DNA of 64,000 nucleotides, from assembly GCA_963733375.1 (NCBI GenBank), contig CAVTDB010000026.1, forward strand, positions 1-64,000. The letters are read 5' to 3'. Position numbers and translations under genes: made by a program. Every line of letters starts with the position of its first letter. Positions within the stretch are counted from its first letter, which is position 1. Positions 22,299 through 33,751 of the stretch are shown in pieces. The DNA comes from Nitrospirota bacterium (GTDB lineage Bacteria; Nitrospirota; JACRHJ01). The notes under the pieces are model-generated. The model ran no database searches. It was not told the origin of the DNA and was given only the letters and a program-made list of their open reading frames with translations.

Positions 22299-22795
22299 AG
22301 GTTTCTCTTCCAGTTGGAATACATACGGAATTCAGTCTCGAAATTGGGGGTGAACACGCCCTTTCCGAGGCTGGAATTTACTTCTTCCAGCGTCCAGAAC
22401 CTTATCTCTTCTATCTCGGACGCCTGATGCGTGAACGGCCCGTCGTGCATTGCCAGGAAGCTCCGGATGTTCTCCGATTCGATCGCGTTTCGGAGCGGGT
22501 AGTCGTAGAGATATTTCAGTTCCGGCGGCTCTATCCCCAGTTCCTCCGCCATCTCACGGAGCGCCGCCTGCTCGTAGCTCTCGCCAACGCCAAGGTGGCC
22601 GCCCACGGAGGTGTCCCATTTGCCGGGCTGGATGTCCTTGTCCTTATTGCGGAGCTGAAGGAGAAGCTCTCCCTTTTTATTGAACACCAGCACGTGCACC
22701 GCACGGTGGACAAGCGAAGGATTTCCATGGCACTCGCTACGGGGAGCCTTCCCGATTACCTCGCCCCGCTCGTTCACAATTTCGAAATACTCCAT
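22295..22795 (-). CDS. NUDIX hydrolase (IPP-isomerase-like/YfcD-like)
   Basis: HRAVHVLVFN; GGHLGVGESYEQAALREMAEELGI Nudix box. Confidence 0.9.
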   Translation of the reverse strand: MEYFEIVNERGEVIGKAPRSECHGNPSLVHRAVHVLVFNKKGELLLQLRNKDKDIQPGKWDTSVGGHLGVGESYEQAALREMAEELGIEPPELKYLYDYPLRNAIESENIRSFLAMHDGPFTHQASEIEEIRFWTLEEVNSSLGKGVFTPNFETEFRMYSNWKRNL

Positions 22796-22878
22796 CGTTC
22801 AATCTCCCGGCTAAAGGCCTTATTTCATGGGTGTGTAGATTTATTATACCTTATTTTTGTAACACAACTGTAACAACC

Positions 22879-23015
22879 GTTACTTTCTTTTCTGTCTTCG
22901 CTATCGCTCTGGACAGGTAAATCATCTCGCGAGAAAAGAAAGTAACACAAAGAAAAGCGGGTCAAGTTAAACCAGTCTAAAAGTTTTTGGTGTTACCTTT
23001 TTACAAAAAGGTAAC
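22879..23015 (+). repeat. Double-hairpin intergenic repeat, copy 1 (expanded loop in hairpin 1)
   Basis: GTTACTTTCTTTTCT-38nt-AGAAAAGAAAGTAAC...TAAAAGTTTTTGG.GTTACCTTTTT-AC-AAAAAGGTAAC. Confidence 0.85.
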
Positions 23016-23028
23016 AAAGGTTTGGGTT

Positions 23029-23681
23029 TTAGCCGTTCGGGTTTAAAACGCCTCGGAATGACAGGCGGTGGAGGGGGCAAGGACCGTGCTCTTTCAGGGC
23101 TTCGAGGTGCGTCTTGCAGCCGTAGCCCTTGTGGCCGGAGAAGCCGTATCGGGGATATTCCATGCCGTAGCGACCATTATGCGGTCGCGGGTGGTCTTTG
23201 CGATTATGGACGCGGCTGCTATCGTCGCGCTCCTCGCGTCGCCTTTTATTACCGAGCGCTGGGGGATGTCCAGTTCTATGGTCATCGCGTCCAGGAGGAT
23301 GAAATCCGGCGGGTTTGTCAGGCCCTGCACGGCCAGGAGCATCGCCTTTTTCGCGGCCTGCAAGATATTGATTTTGTCTATCTCCCCCGCATCGACTATG
23401 CCTACCCCAAAATCGTACGCCTCGGCGCAAATGAGGGTGCAGAGGGTGTCGCGCTGGCGTTCAGTAAGCTTCTTTGAGTCGTTGACGTCCGGGATTACCT
23501 GGCCGGGCTTGAGTATCACGCAGCCCGCGACTACCGGGCCAGCCAACGGCCCGCGCCCCGCCTCGTCCACTCCGGCGATATGAAGATAGCCCTGCTCAGC
23601 CAGGTCCGTCTCAAAAAAATAAAGGGACGGCACAAGGCCCTCCCCGAAATCGAATCCGGACTGCTTCTTACCGTACGACAT
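23029..23681 (-). CDS. rnhB: Ribonuclease HII; frameshifted
   Basis: [45 protein letters not shown]...HRLSF. Confidence 0.95.
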
Positions 23682-23692
23682 ATTGCCTGTTT

Positions 23693-23792
23693 CCGGACAG
23701 TTTAAAAGTTTTTGGCGGACCGCCCCGCGCTAACCTCGGAAACTACCCTCGGTAAGCGGTGGCTAACCCCTCCTTTTTACAAAAAAGGTAAC
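23693..23792 (+). repeat. Double-hairpin repeat, copy 2 (right half with ~55-nt insertion)
   Basis: GGACAGTTTAAAAGTTTTTGGCG-insert-CCTTTTTACAAAAAAGGTAAC. Confidence 0.75.
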
Positions 23793-23796
23793 AGGT

Positions 23797-24265
23797 TTAC
23801 TTCTTTGCAGCCTTCGGAGCCTTCGGAGCTTTCGCCGCCTTAGGAGCTTTCGCCGGCTTTCGGCTTTTGCCGGTTTCTCGGCCTTTTCTTGGCCGTCGCC
23901 GCCGCTTTCCCCGCGCCTTCCGGCTTGTACTCTTTCTCTTTTATCCTGGTTGCCTTGCCGGAGAGCTCGCGCAGATAGAAGAGCTTCGCCCTCGCGACCT
24001 TGCCGCGCTTGACGACCTTGATGTCTGCGATAAGCGGGGAATGGAGCGGGATAATCCTCTCGACGCCTTCGCCGTAGCTGACCTTGCGCACGGTGAAGGT
24101 CTCGCGGCTTCCGCCGCCGGTTTTGGCGATGCAGACGCCCTCGAATACCTGTATGCGCTCCTTTTCGCCTTCTTTTACCTTAAGGGAAACCTTCAGGCTG
24201 TCCCCGATGGCGAAATCCGGGGTTGTCCTCATCTGTTCTTTTTCTATGGAATCGAGGATATTCAT
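23797..24265 (-). CDS. rplS: 50S ribosomal protein L19 with K/A/P-rich tail
   Basis: GDSLKV...[12 protein letters not shown]...[14 protein letters not shown]; tail continues in another frame as [14 protein letters not shown]. Confidence 0.95.
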
Positions 24266-24300
24266 TTCTTCTAAAACCTCCTTAAAAAATCTTTAAGTTC

Positions 24301-24396
24301 GTTACTTTTCTTTCACGGGAAAGAAAAGTAACCAAAAGAAAGCGGGGCTGTTAAAACCTAAAAGTTTTTGGTGTTACCTTTTTCCAAAAAGGTAAC
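24301..24396 (+). repeat. Double-hairpin repeat, copy 3 (canonical)
   Basis: GTTACTTTTCTTTC-ACGG-GAAAGAAAAGTAAC CAAAAGAAAGC...GTTAAAACC.AAAAGTTTTTGG.GTTACCTTTTTCCAAAAAGGTAAC. Confidence 0.9.
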
Positions 24397-24423
24397 GGTT
24401 TACCGCGAAAAGAGCCGTTTATA

Positions 24424-24990
24424 TTACCGTTCCCCAACCAGCCTGTCAAGTATAATCGCCGCCGCGGAACGAACCGGCAGGTGGTTATATGCGCCCCCCC
24501 CCGGATGGGCGAAAGCCTGAATCGCAGCCGGCGATGAACTCCTCCGTCAGGCCCCAGCCCGTCCCGAAGGCTATAACACATGGGCCGCCGTCTATAATTT
24601 CCCGCGCCGCGTCGTAACTCATCGTCCCGCCCGCGCCCCTGGCCTTCCCGCGCGGCAGTTGCGATGACTTTCGGGATAACGCCCGTTTTTCCCTTTATTT
24701 CCGCGAGCGCGTCCGATAAATCCGGCACGACCTCTATCATCTCAAGGGCCTCGCCCCGGTTGGGGTTGTAGCCCGCGCCGAAACCGTGCGCCAGTGCCGG
24801 ATATCTTCCCGGCGAGTTCCCTCTGGGCCGGCATGGGGTTCACTATGAAATATCCGGCCAGCCCGTATGTCTTCGCGACCCTCGCCATGTCGTGGAGGTC
24901 GAGGTTCGTTATCGCTGTGGTCACCATCTCGCCCTTTTTGTTGTTGACGGGGTAGTGCATCAGTGCAATATATAAATTCGAAGGTTATTT
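24424..24990 (-). CDS. SPOUT-family RNA methyltransferase (TrmD-associated); frameshifted, start approximate
   Basis: NLYIALMHYPVNNKKGEMVTTAITNLDLHDMARVAKTYG; GTGWGL; ends ...LDRLVGER*. Confidence 0.8.
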
Positions 24991-25009
24991 ATTCAAATTC
25001 TTATTTCTC

Positions 25010-25746
25010 ATTTCTTTCATAATTTTTATCTTCCGGCGCTCAGCGTCACTTTTTGAAGGAGGTCGGGCCTTTTCCCCATCGTGGCCCGGAGCGCCTCTTT
25101 CGCCGCCAGCGTCGTATCTCGTCGTGGTTGCCCGAGAGCAGCACGTCCGGCACCGCCATACCCTTGTACTGGGCCGGGCGCGTATAGTGCGGATAGTCCA
25201 GCAGTCCGTCGTAAAAGGAGTCGATTCTCCGCGGATTCTTCGTCCCCAAGCACGCCCGGGATTAACCTTGCCGATGCCTCGATGACCGCCGCGGCGGCAA
25301 TCTCGCCGCCTGACAGGACGAAATCGCCTATCGAGAACTCCTCGTCGGCTAACGACTGCTCACCCGCTCGTCAATGCCCTCGTAGCGCCCGCAGATGAAT
25401 ACGAGCCTCCGCGTCTCTTTGGATAGCCCCAGCGCCTTGGCGTGGTCGAACGGCGGCCCTGCGGCGACATCAGTATAAGACGCGTTTTTGGGGCGCATTG
25501 CGCTCCCGCCTGCCCCCCGCGCCCTGCGCCGCTTCCAACGCCTCGAACACGGGCCCGGGCTTCATCACCATACCGTGCCCCCCGCCGAAGGGATCGTCGT
25601 CCGCCGTCCTGTGCCTGTCTTTGGTGAAGTCGCGGATACGGTTGACGTTTACCTCGATCAGGCCCTTGTCCACCGCGCGCTTCAAGATGCTGTCGCCACC
25701 GCGGCTTCACGATCCTGGGGAACAGGGTGAGCACGTCACACTTCAT
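25010..25746 (-). CDS. trmD: tRNA (guanine37-N1)-methyltransferase; frameshifted, end approximate
   Basis: [10 protein letters not shown]; [15 protein letters not shown]; LMSPQG; [10 protein letters not shown]; [10 protein letters not shown]. Confidence 0.9.
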
Positions 25747-26240
25747 TTCTGGGATATAGCCCTCCATCCTGAGCAGTAATCCGGCCCCCTTTCAGGTCCA
25801 CTTCCACCGTTTCGTCGTTAACGGGTATCAGGTATTCCCTGCCCCCGCCCTTACCTCGTAGACGTCTTTTTCGCCCGCTTTGAATATATCCGTCACTTTG
25901 CCCAGGAGCCTCCCGCGAACTTGCATAAGACATCAAGGCCGAGTATCTGGTAATGGTAATATTCCCCTTCCGGAAGGGGCGGCACGTCTGCTTCCGGGAC
26001 GAAGAACTCCTTGCCCCTGAACTTCCGCCTCATCCACCGAGTCGATCCCCTCAAAATACACGGCGATGCCTTGCCGCTCGGCCCTGGCGGACCTGATGGT
26101 AAAGGCCACGGGCTCGCCCTCCGGGGAGTTCCGCGAGATAGTCGCACCCTTCGGACGAACCTTTCCGCGTTGTCGGTCAGGGGTATGACCTTCAGCTCGC
26201 CCTTCAGGCCGACGGCTTCAGGACGAACGCCAGACAGTTA
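25736..26240 (-). CDS. rimM: Ribosome maturation factor RimM; frameshifted, start approximate
   Basis: GLKGELKV; LPEGEYYHYQILGL; EYLIP; lies between khpA and trmD. Confidence 0.85.
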
Positions 26241-26241
26241 T

Positions 26242-26471
26242 TTACTCCAGTATCTCCAGGACGCACCTTTTACCAATCTTGGTGCCGGCGGCGTTGAGGA
26301 TTGTGCGCATGGCGCGGGCGGTCTTCCCTTCCTTGCCTATGACCTTCCCCAAATCCGTCTGGGCTACCCTCAGCTCGATTACGGTAGTCTTCTCACCTTC
26401 GACTTCAGTTACCGCGACTTGGTCCGGGTTGTCGACCAATGCCCTGGCGATGTGCTCAATCAGGTCTTCAT
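26242..26471 (-). CDS. khpA: KH-domain RNA-binding protein
   Basis: LVDNPDQV...[20 protein letters not shown]. Confidence 0.9.
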
Positions 26472-26517
26472 GTCCACCTCCGCATGGAAGTGGCGTACCG
26501 GCTCGGAGACCTGTGTC

Positions 26518-26792
26518 TTAGGAAGTCTGAGCCGTCTCCTTCGGTTTACCCGTATCCCGGATTTCTTCATCAGCTGTTTCGCGGTGTCCGAGGGTGTCGC
26601 ACCCTTGTTTATCCAGGAGATTATCTTCTCCTCGTCGAGCTGGATAAGCGCTGGCTTAACCGAGCGGGTCGTACGTGCCAAGTATGTCCAGGAAACGCCC
26701 GTCGCGCGGAGCATCTCGAATCCGCGGCCACCAGACGATAGAACGGGCGCTTGTGCGTGCCCTATCCTCGACAACCTAATCCTTACTGCCAT
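26518..26792 (-). CDS. rpsP: 30S ribosomal protein S16; frameshifted, end approximate
   Basis: MAVRIRLSRIG...WINKGATPSDT; conserved position after ffh. Confidence 0.9.
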
Positions 26793-26817
26793 CTACTCAC
26801 CTCCTTTACAGAAAAAT

Positions 26818-28140
26818 TTAAAACGGGCAACATCCCCTGCCCATGCGCAGCTTTCCGCCGGGTTTGGTCAGCATCTTCATCATCTTCCGCGTCTCGGCGA
26901 ACTGCTTGAGGAGCCGGTTAACGTCCTGCACCTCCATGCCGCTGCCCCTTGCGATCCTTTTCCGGCGGCTGCCGTTTATCATTGGCGTTCCGGCGCTCCT
27001 TCATGGTCATCGAGCATATTATGGCGACGATGCGGTCCACTTCCCGGTCGTCCACCTTAGCCATCGCCCCTTTGAGCTTCCCCATGCCCGGTATCATGCC
27101 GAGCAGCTGGTCGAGCGGCCCGAGCTTCTTCACCTGGAGTATCTGGGTCCTGAAGTCCTCGAGGGAGAACTCGCCGTGCCTGACCTTGGCTTCTAGCTCC
27201 CTGGCTTCCTCAAGGGTTACTTCCTGCTGCGCCTTCTCGATGAGCGAGAGCACGTCACCCATACCGAGGATCCGGGAGGCGACCCTGTCCGGGTAGAACT
27301 GCTCCAGGGCGTCGAGCTTCTCGCCCATGCCGACGAACTTTATGGGCTGCCCGTTACCGCGCGGATCGAAAGTGCAGCGCCGCCCCTGGCGTCGCCGTCC
27401 ATCTTCGTCAGTATGACGCCGGTAACGCGAGCTTCTCGTCGAACGCTTCGGCCGCCTTCACCGCGTCCTGGCCGGTCATGGAGTCCGCGACGAACAGAAC
27501 TTCGTCCGGCACTACCTCCGCCTTGATGCGGATAGCTGGTCCATCAGGGCGTCGTCTATATGCAGACGCCCGGCGGTATCCAGGATGACCACGCCGAACG
27601 CGCCGCGCATCGCCCTGTCCAGCCCCCGCTGCAGACTTCACCGGGTCCTCGCCCGGCTGGGACGTCTCAACCTCCACGCCAAGCTGGCGGCCCAGGGTGA
27701 CGAGCTGGTCGATAGCCGCGGGCCTCTGCGTATCCGCCGCGACCAGCAGGGTCTTCCTGCCGCCCTTCTTGAACATCCTGGCGAGCTTGCCGGAGGTGGT
27801 GGTCTTGCCGGAGCCCTGCAGGCCCACCATCATCACCACCGTCGGGCTGTTCGGGACCAGCTGTATCCGGGTGGCCGTCTCGCCCATCATCGTCGACCAG
27901 CTCGTCGAAAACGATCTTGACGACCTGCTGGCCTGGCGTGAGGCTGTCCAGCACACCCGGAACCGACGGCCTTCGCGCGCACGGAATCGACGAAGTCCTT
28001 GACAACCTTGAAGTTAACGTCCGCCTCTAGGAGCGCCATGCGTACTTCGCTGAGCGCGTCCACGTCCTCCTCGGTCAGGACCCCCTGCCCTTCAGCTTCT
28101 TAAATACTTTTTCAAGTTTTTCGGAAAGGCTGTCAAACAT
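26818..28140 (-). CDS. ffh: Signal recognition particle protein; frameshifted
   Basis: MFDSLSEKL; [10 protein letters not shown]; DSMTGQDA; [15 protein letters not shown]. Confidence 0.95.
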
Positions 28141-28344
28141 CCGTAATCACCTGAATTTCAGTATTATATCACCGTTTAGGGCCTGTCGCAAAAGGGCGCA
28201 CGGGCCCCCTGCCCCGGATCACGGGAAAAATGGATTTTATTAGAGGTCGGGGTAAATGTCAAGCTGCTTTTTTATCCTTGACTCGAAGGCGGCATATGGG
28301 GCAACATCGTATTATCATGAAACCGCCGCAAAAACCGTCCGGAT

Positions 28345-29609
28345 ATGCTTAAATCCGGCATTACAAAAAGAATCATCGATGTCCCGTTAAGTCTCTTCGG
28401 CCGTGAGGCCGTCCGCGCCCTCTCTCGAAACAAGATGCGGAGCGCGCTGTCGGCAATCGGGATCACCATCGGCATCGCCGCGGTAGTTTGCGTGGTGGCC
28501 ATCGGCACGGCCGGTTCGCAGCGTGCCGAACAGCAGCTCCAGAATCTGGGAGATAATCTCGTCTGGATCGAGGCCGGTTCCCGCAACGTAAACGGGGTGC
28601 GGTCCGGCAGCCACGGAATGACTTCCCTTACCATGGGAGATGCGGAGGCAATCAGTAACGAAGTGTCGTCCATCAAAAGTGTTTCCCCGAATGTGGACGG
28701 GACTGTGCTCATTATCTCGGGAAACCGTAATTGGACGACGCATTACCGTGGCGTCACCCCCGAATTCCTGGAGATCAGGCGTTGGGAACTGGCGGAAGGG
28801 GATCCGTTCACGAACGGAGACGTGGTGCACGTTGCGCCAACGTTTGCCTGATCGGACAAACCGTGCGTCAGCAGCTCTTCGGAGCCGGAGGAGGCAGTCG
28901 GCCGGGACATTCGGATCAACAAGAAGATATTCCGGGTGATCGGCGTGCTGGCGCCGAAAGGCCAGTCGGCACCGGACAGGACCAGGACGACACCATCATT
29001 ATGCCCTATACTACGGTGCAGAAGAAACTGAGGGGCAAGGGTTTCACATGGCTGGACGACATTATGTGTTCGGCTGACTCCCTTGATGACGCCAAACCGG
29101 CGATCGACCGGATCAGCGCCCTGCTGCGCGAGCGGCATCACATCCTGCCCGGCAGGGAGGATGATTTCAACATCCGTCATCCGGAAGAGGTGATCAAGGC
29201 CCAGATTGCCGCGAACCGGACGCTCGCGCTTTTTTCTCATCAGCGTCGCCTCCATCTCTCTCCTTGTCGGCGGGATCGGGATCATGAACGTGATGCTGGT
29301 ATCGGTGACCGAGCGAACGAGGGAAATCGGTCTTGCGCCTCGCCATCGGGGCCACGACATGGGCCATACAGATTCAGTTCCTGGAAGAGGCCGTCATGCT
29401 TGAGCCTGTTCGGCGGTCTCTTTGGGGTCTTTGTCGGCGTAGCCGGCTCTTTCATTATGGGGTATATCTTGGGATGGCCGATGTCCATTCCTCTGGAAGC
29501 CCTCATCGTCGCTCCGCTATTCGCCATCGGGGTGGGCATCTTCTTCGGCTTCTATCCGGCATGGAAGGCCACACAGCTGGACCCGATCACCGCCTTGCGT
29601 CATGAGTGA
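28345..29609 (+). CDS. MacB/FtsX-family ABC permease; frameshifted
   Basis: [20 protein letters not shown]; [21 protein letters not shown]; [20 protein letters not shown]. Confidence 0.9.
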
Positions 29610-29625
29610 GAACTGGGACGGTATG

Positions 29626-30502
29626 TTAAGAAGATATTAATTTAAGGGACCTTGCGGCTGCCCAGGCCGTTGCATAAACCCCGCCTAAGAGGACGACATC
29701 CGTCGGGCCGACCGGGTAAGTCGTACTGATATGCGATCCAGAAGCCGAAGAACGCGGCCACGCCGCCGATCAGCGATGCCAATACCGTGAACTGGTGCAT
29801 ATTGCGTGCAAACAGATGCGCCGTCAGCGCCGGGATAAGCAAGAATCCGAACGCGATTAGCGGGCCGACGCTGAGCACCGCCATCGAGACGGTCAGGCCG
29901 ATTAAAACGTAGAGCAGTGCATCCCAGAAAATGACGTTCTTGCCGAGGATAATCGCCGTTTCCCGGTCAAAAGATACTAGCAGTATCTCCTTGTGAAAAA
30001 ATCCCAGCACCGCGAGCACAACCATAAGCGTCGCCGCCGTCAGCACAAGGTCGGAATTGGATATGGTGATGACCTCCCCTTTGAGCATATCGAGCCAGCC
30101 GATCTCGCCGTACGGATTTTTTGACAGTATCAGGATGCTGAGCGCGGCGGACACTACATATGCGGTGCCGAGCCGGCCTTCCGGTGTCCCGCGCCCGCGC
30201 CTTTCCAGAAAAGCCAGCACCAAAATTGCGCCCAGCGAGAAAGTGATCGAGCCCAGGAAAGCGAGTTCATGCGCGCTATCTGCGCCTTGACCGGCCAGCT
30301 TGAACCCAAGCCACAGGGGAAGCGAGAGCGCGATAGCAACGCCTGTCGAGGAAATCTGGGGCAGCGCCACGCCCATGAACACCAGTCGGCGCACCACGAG
30401 GAATACTCCGACGAGCGGGCAGATCAATCCGACGAGCACACTCGTGTAAATTGAATTGCGCAGGAGAAAATCGGGTGAGAGAATCTGATGCAAGGTTTCC
30501 AT
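29626..30502 (-). CDS. Zn/Mn ABC transporter permease (ZnuB-like)
   Basis: GLICPLVGVFLVVRRLVFMGVAL; LLVSFDRE.A; hydrophobic; frameshift near the 3' end. Confidence 0.85.
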
Positions 30503-30503
30503 G

Positions 30504-31217
30504 TCAGTCGTTCCCCACTTCAAAAATCTCGGCCATCCGCTCGGGCTTAAGCAGTTCGTCCGCGGTGCCATGGAGGACCTTGCCCTCGTGAAGCCAGATG
30601 ACTTGCTCGGCATGACGGCGTACCGCCGCGAAATCGTGCGTGACGAGCAGGACGGTGATTTTTTTTTCCATGCGGATCTGCGAGATGAAGTCCATCACGG
30701 CATGTGTCGCCGCATGGTCTATACCAGCGGTAGGCTCATCCAGTACCAGGACATCCGGGCGCGTGGCCAGGGCGCGGGCGATAAGGATGCGCTGCTTCTG
30801 GCCGCCGGAGAGTTCGGCAAATTTCTTGCGGGCAAATTCCCCAGCACCTGCCGCGCGGAGACATTCAGTTGTGAAGTCGCGCTCGGCCGGGGGGATAAAC
30901 CGCCCCGGCCGCACACGCCCATATGTGCCCATGACAGCGACATCAAAGCCAGTGAGGAGATATATCGGGTCGAAGTGAACGGATTGGGGCACGTAACCGA
31001 ACACGAGCGGCGCACCCGGCGAAGCGGTGACGATGCGGCCCGTGACCTTCGGTATCAGGCCAAGCAGCGTCTTAAGCAGTGTGGATTTTCCCGAGCCGTT
31101 CGCGCCGAGGATAGCGATGAAGCCGCCACGGGCGATGGAGAACGAAATCCCGGACAGCACGGCCTGGCCTCCGTAGCCGATACTCAGGTTATCGAGAGTT
31201 ATGAGCGCTTCATCCAT
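30504..31217 (-). CDS. Zn/Mn ABC transporter ATPase (ZnuC-like)
   Basis: GANGSGKS, LSGGQKQR, VLDEP, LVTHD. Confidence 0.9.
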   Translation of the reverse strand: MDEALITLDNLSIGYGGQAVLSGISFSIARGGFIAILGANGSGKSTLLKTLLGLIPKVTGRIVTASPGAPLVFGYVPQSVHFDPIYLLTGFDVAVMGTYGRVRPGRFIPPAERDFTTECLRAAGAGEFARKKFAELSGGQKQRILIARALATRPDVLVLDEPTAGIDHAATHAVMDFISQIRMEKKITVLLVTHDFAAVRRHAEQVIWLHEGKVLHGTADELLKPERMAEIFEVGND

Positions 31218-31219
31218 AT

Positions 31220-32152
31220 TTATTTCTTCGCCTTTGCAGCAGTGACCATGGTATGGACGATGTAGTCCATCATCTTGATGTACGTTTCCGTATCAGGCAC
31301 GCCGCCTGGCATTATGGGCAGAGTTATCATCGTCGCCCCGGCCTGCCTGGCGATGAGTGTTGGCACCTTTTCCGGGAACTGCGGCTCGCGCACGACGACA
31401 GGCACGTGCTGGGCCTTCATGGAGCTGATCAAGTCCTCGATATGGCGCGGCGTCGGGTCTATGCCGGGCCTCAGTTCAATCGTGCCGAAGTAGTCCAGGC
31501 CGAAGCGTTTCGCGAAATACGGCCAGTGCTCGTGATAGGACACGAACTTCGTACCCTTGATCGGTTTGACTTCCTTCTCCCACTCGGCTATTTTTGCGTT
31601 CAGCTTCGCGAGGTACGCGTCGCGGTTTTTGGTGAACTCCGCTTTATGCTGCGGGGCGAAATCCACCAGGGCGTTATAGATGTTCTGGAGCGCGGTCTTC
31701 GCCAGCACCGGGTCGAGCATGTAGTGCGGGTTGCCGTAAGGGTGCACGTCGCCCGCGGCATGTCCGGTCGATTTCGGCACGTCCATCGGGACGATGCCCT
31801 CGAGCAGTCCACATAGCCGGACCGGCCTACCAGGATGCGCGGGTTCTTGCTGGCTTCAATCAGCGCGGGCAGGAAGGCGTGTTCGCAGTCAAACCCGACC
31901 AGCATCAGGAGGTCGGCCCGGTTCATCAGGGGCACGAAACTCGGTTTCATCGGGACGCCGTGCGTGTCTTCCACGCCGGTGGCCAGGCTGCGCACATCCA
32001 CGAGGTCCCCGCCCACATTGCGCGTCAGGTCGGCCAGGTCCGTCAGCGTCGTTACGACCCGGATTTTGGCCGCGTACGCGGGCATCGCGCCCATGCATAG
32101 AAACCCGGCCAGCAGCATGACCGGGATACAGACGGAACAATTTATAATTCAT
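31220..32152 (-). CDS. Zn/Mn ABC substrate-binding protein (ZnuA/TroA-like); frameshifted
   Basis: IRVVTT...EDTH; GDVHPYGNPHYMLDP; VSYH; E.RPGIDPTP.H. Confidence 0.9.
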
Positions 32153-32174
32153 ATTGGATTTCTCCTTTTCCTTT

Positions 32175-33678
32175 TTAGCGTTGCTGCCAGCCGTGAGAGT
32201 GCGAGCCGATTATCCATGCCCACTGAAGATAGACGGCATGGTCGGGGCGCAGGCCGGACTCGGCGTTGTGGTCGGTGTACGTGTACTGAAGGCGCAGCTG
32301 GTTCCAATGGCTTGTGGCCCAGGTGATATACGGGGAGTACGCGGAGGTCTTATCGTGCTTGTCCACCATGTTCTCCACCCACTCGTACAGGAACCCCGCC
32401 GACCACTGCCGGTGCCATTTATACGTGGCATACGAGTACAGGCCCGTGGAGCCGACATTCTTTGTCGATAGAACCGGGCCGCCTGAAGGGCCTACGTCGT
32501 ATCGGTTGTCGCTGTAAAGCACCTCGGTGCCCCAGACGAGGCTCTGGAACTGGTTGTTCCGGAGCGGCTTATAGTTGACTGTCAAATCCGCGCCATACAG
32601 GCGCCGCTCACGTTCGGTAAACGTGTTGCCGCCTGCCGTGGGAAACGGCGGGTTGACGCCGCCCGGCGAGGCCCATTGTCCGTTCGTCTCCGGGTTCCAC
32701 AGGGCTGAGATTCCGGGTTCAAACGAAATATCGGGTGTGACATCGAAATCGGAAGACAGGCGTCCGAAATAGTTCCAGCCGTCCAGGTGCCGGAACTCGC
32801 CGACATCGTTCGGCGGGTTGTCGCCTCCGAACTGGTTGCCGGCTCCCACCGTCAGGCTGACATAGTGCTCAAGCGGCAACAGCCAGTTGATCTGCGCCCC
32901 GTCCGTCCTCGATTCGCCCCCGATATACTCGGCGAGTACGAGCGGACGGTTGACGAATGGCAGTTCGTGGTCGTGGATATATCCCAGTCGCCCGAACTCG
33001 CCGAAGAACCGGCCAGCCTTCAGCGTCAGGTTGTATGGAAGCGTTTCCGTCTGAAGCGCCGCCTCTTCGATGCCAAAAGTCGATTCGCCGGTGGCGGCGT
33101 CGGCGGTGGCGTTGGCCACCACATAGGCGCTCGCGAACGGGTCAACAGACCCGGCCACGTTCAGTTCCACCGAACGCTGGAACGCGTCCCATCCGCCGGG
33201 CCGGTCGCTGCCCGTCTGCGAGGAAGGCCTGTTGCGATAGGAGAAGACTGTCTCGCCCACCAGCCCGATGGACGGGTTGAACTCGCTCGGCAGGACCTTC
33301 CTCTGCGCCTCGGCTATCTCGTCCACCTTGTCGCTCAAGCTCCTTCACCTGCCTCCTTTATCCCGCCCGCCTCCGGCGCATTTGCCTCCGGGGCCTCCGC
33401 CGCCGGAGGAGACTCAGGCGAGCCGCTACGGGCGCTTCGGTCGCCGGCGTGGACATGAGAGTATTCGCTACCGGTATCGCCGCGGGCGCGGCCTTGATTG
33501 CGGACAGCTCTTCCTTAAGTTCGTTAATGACTTTCTGCTGCTCCTGTATCTGTTCCTGCTGCCCTTTTAAAGTATCCTCCATTGTCTTCAGCCTTGAGTC
33601 AATATCGTCCGCATACGCGAGACTGCTGAAAGCGAATGAGAAAATAAAAAGAGCAAGCAGGGTTGTCCTTAGCCTCAT
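32175..33678 (-). CDS. Outer-membrane beta-barrel with N-terminal coiled coil, putative metal-uptake porin; frameshifted
   Basis: AAGGAGG RBS, signal peptide, coiled coil; FNPSIGL, SVDPF, IEEA, GRFFGEFGRL..IHDHELPFV.RP; C-terminal IGSHSH. Confidence 0.75.
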
Positions 33679-33751
33679 AAGTCCTCCTTTATAAAGGAAA
33701 TAAGGTAAGTTCAAACCTGAATTATGATTTTCGGGAATACTTGGACGGAGG

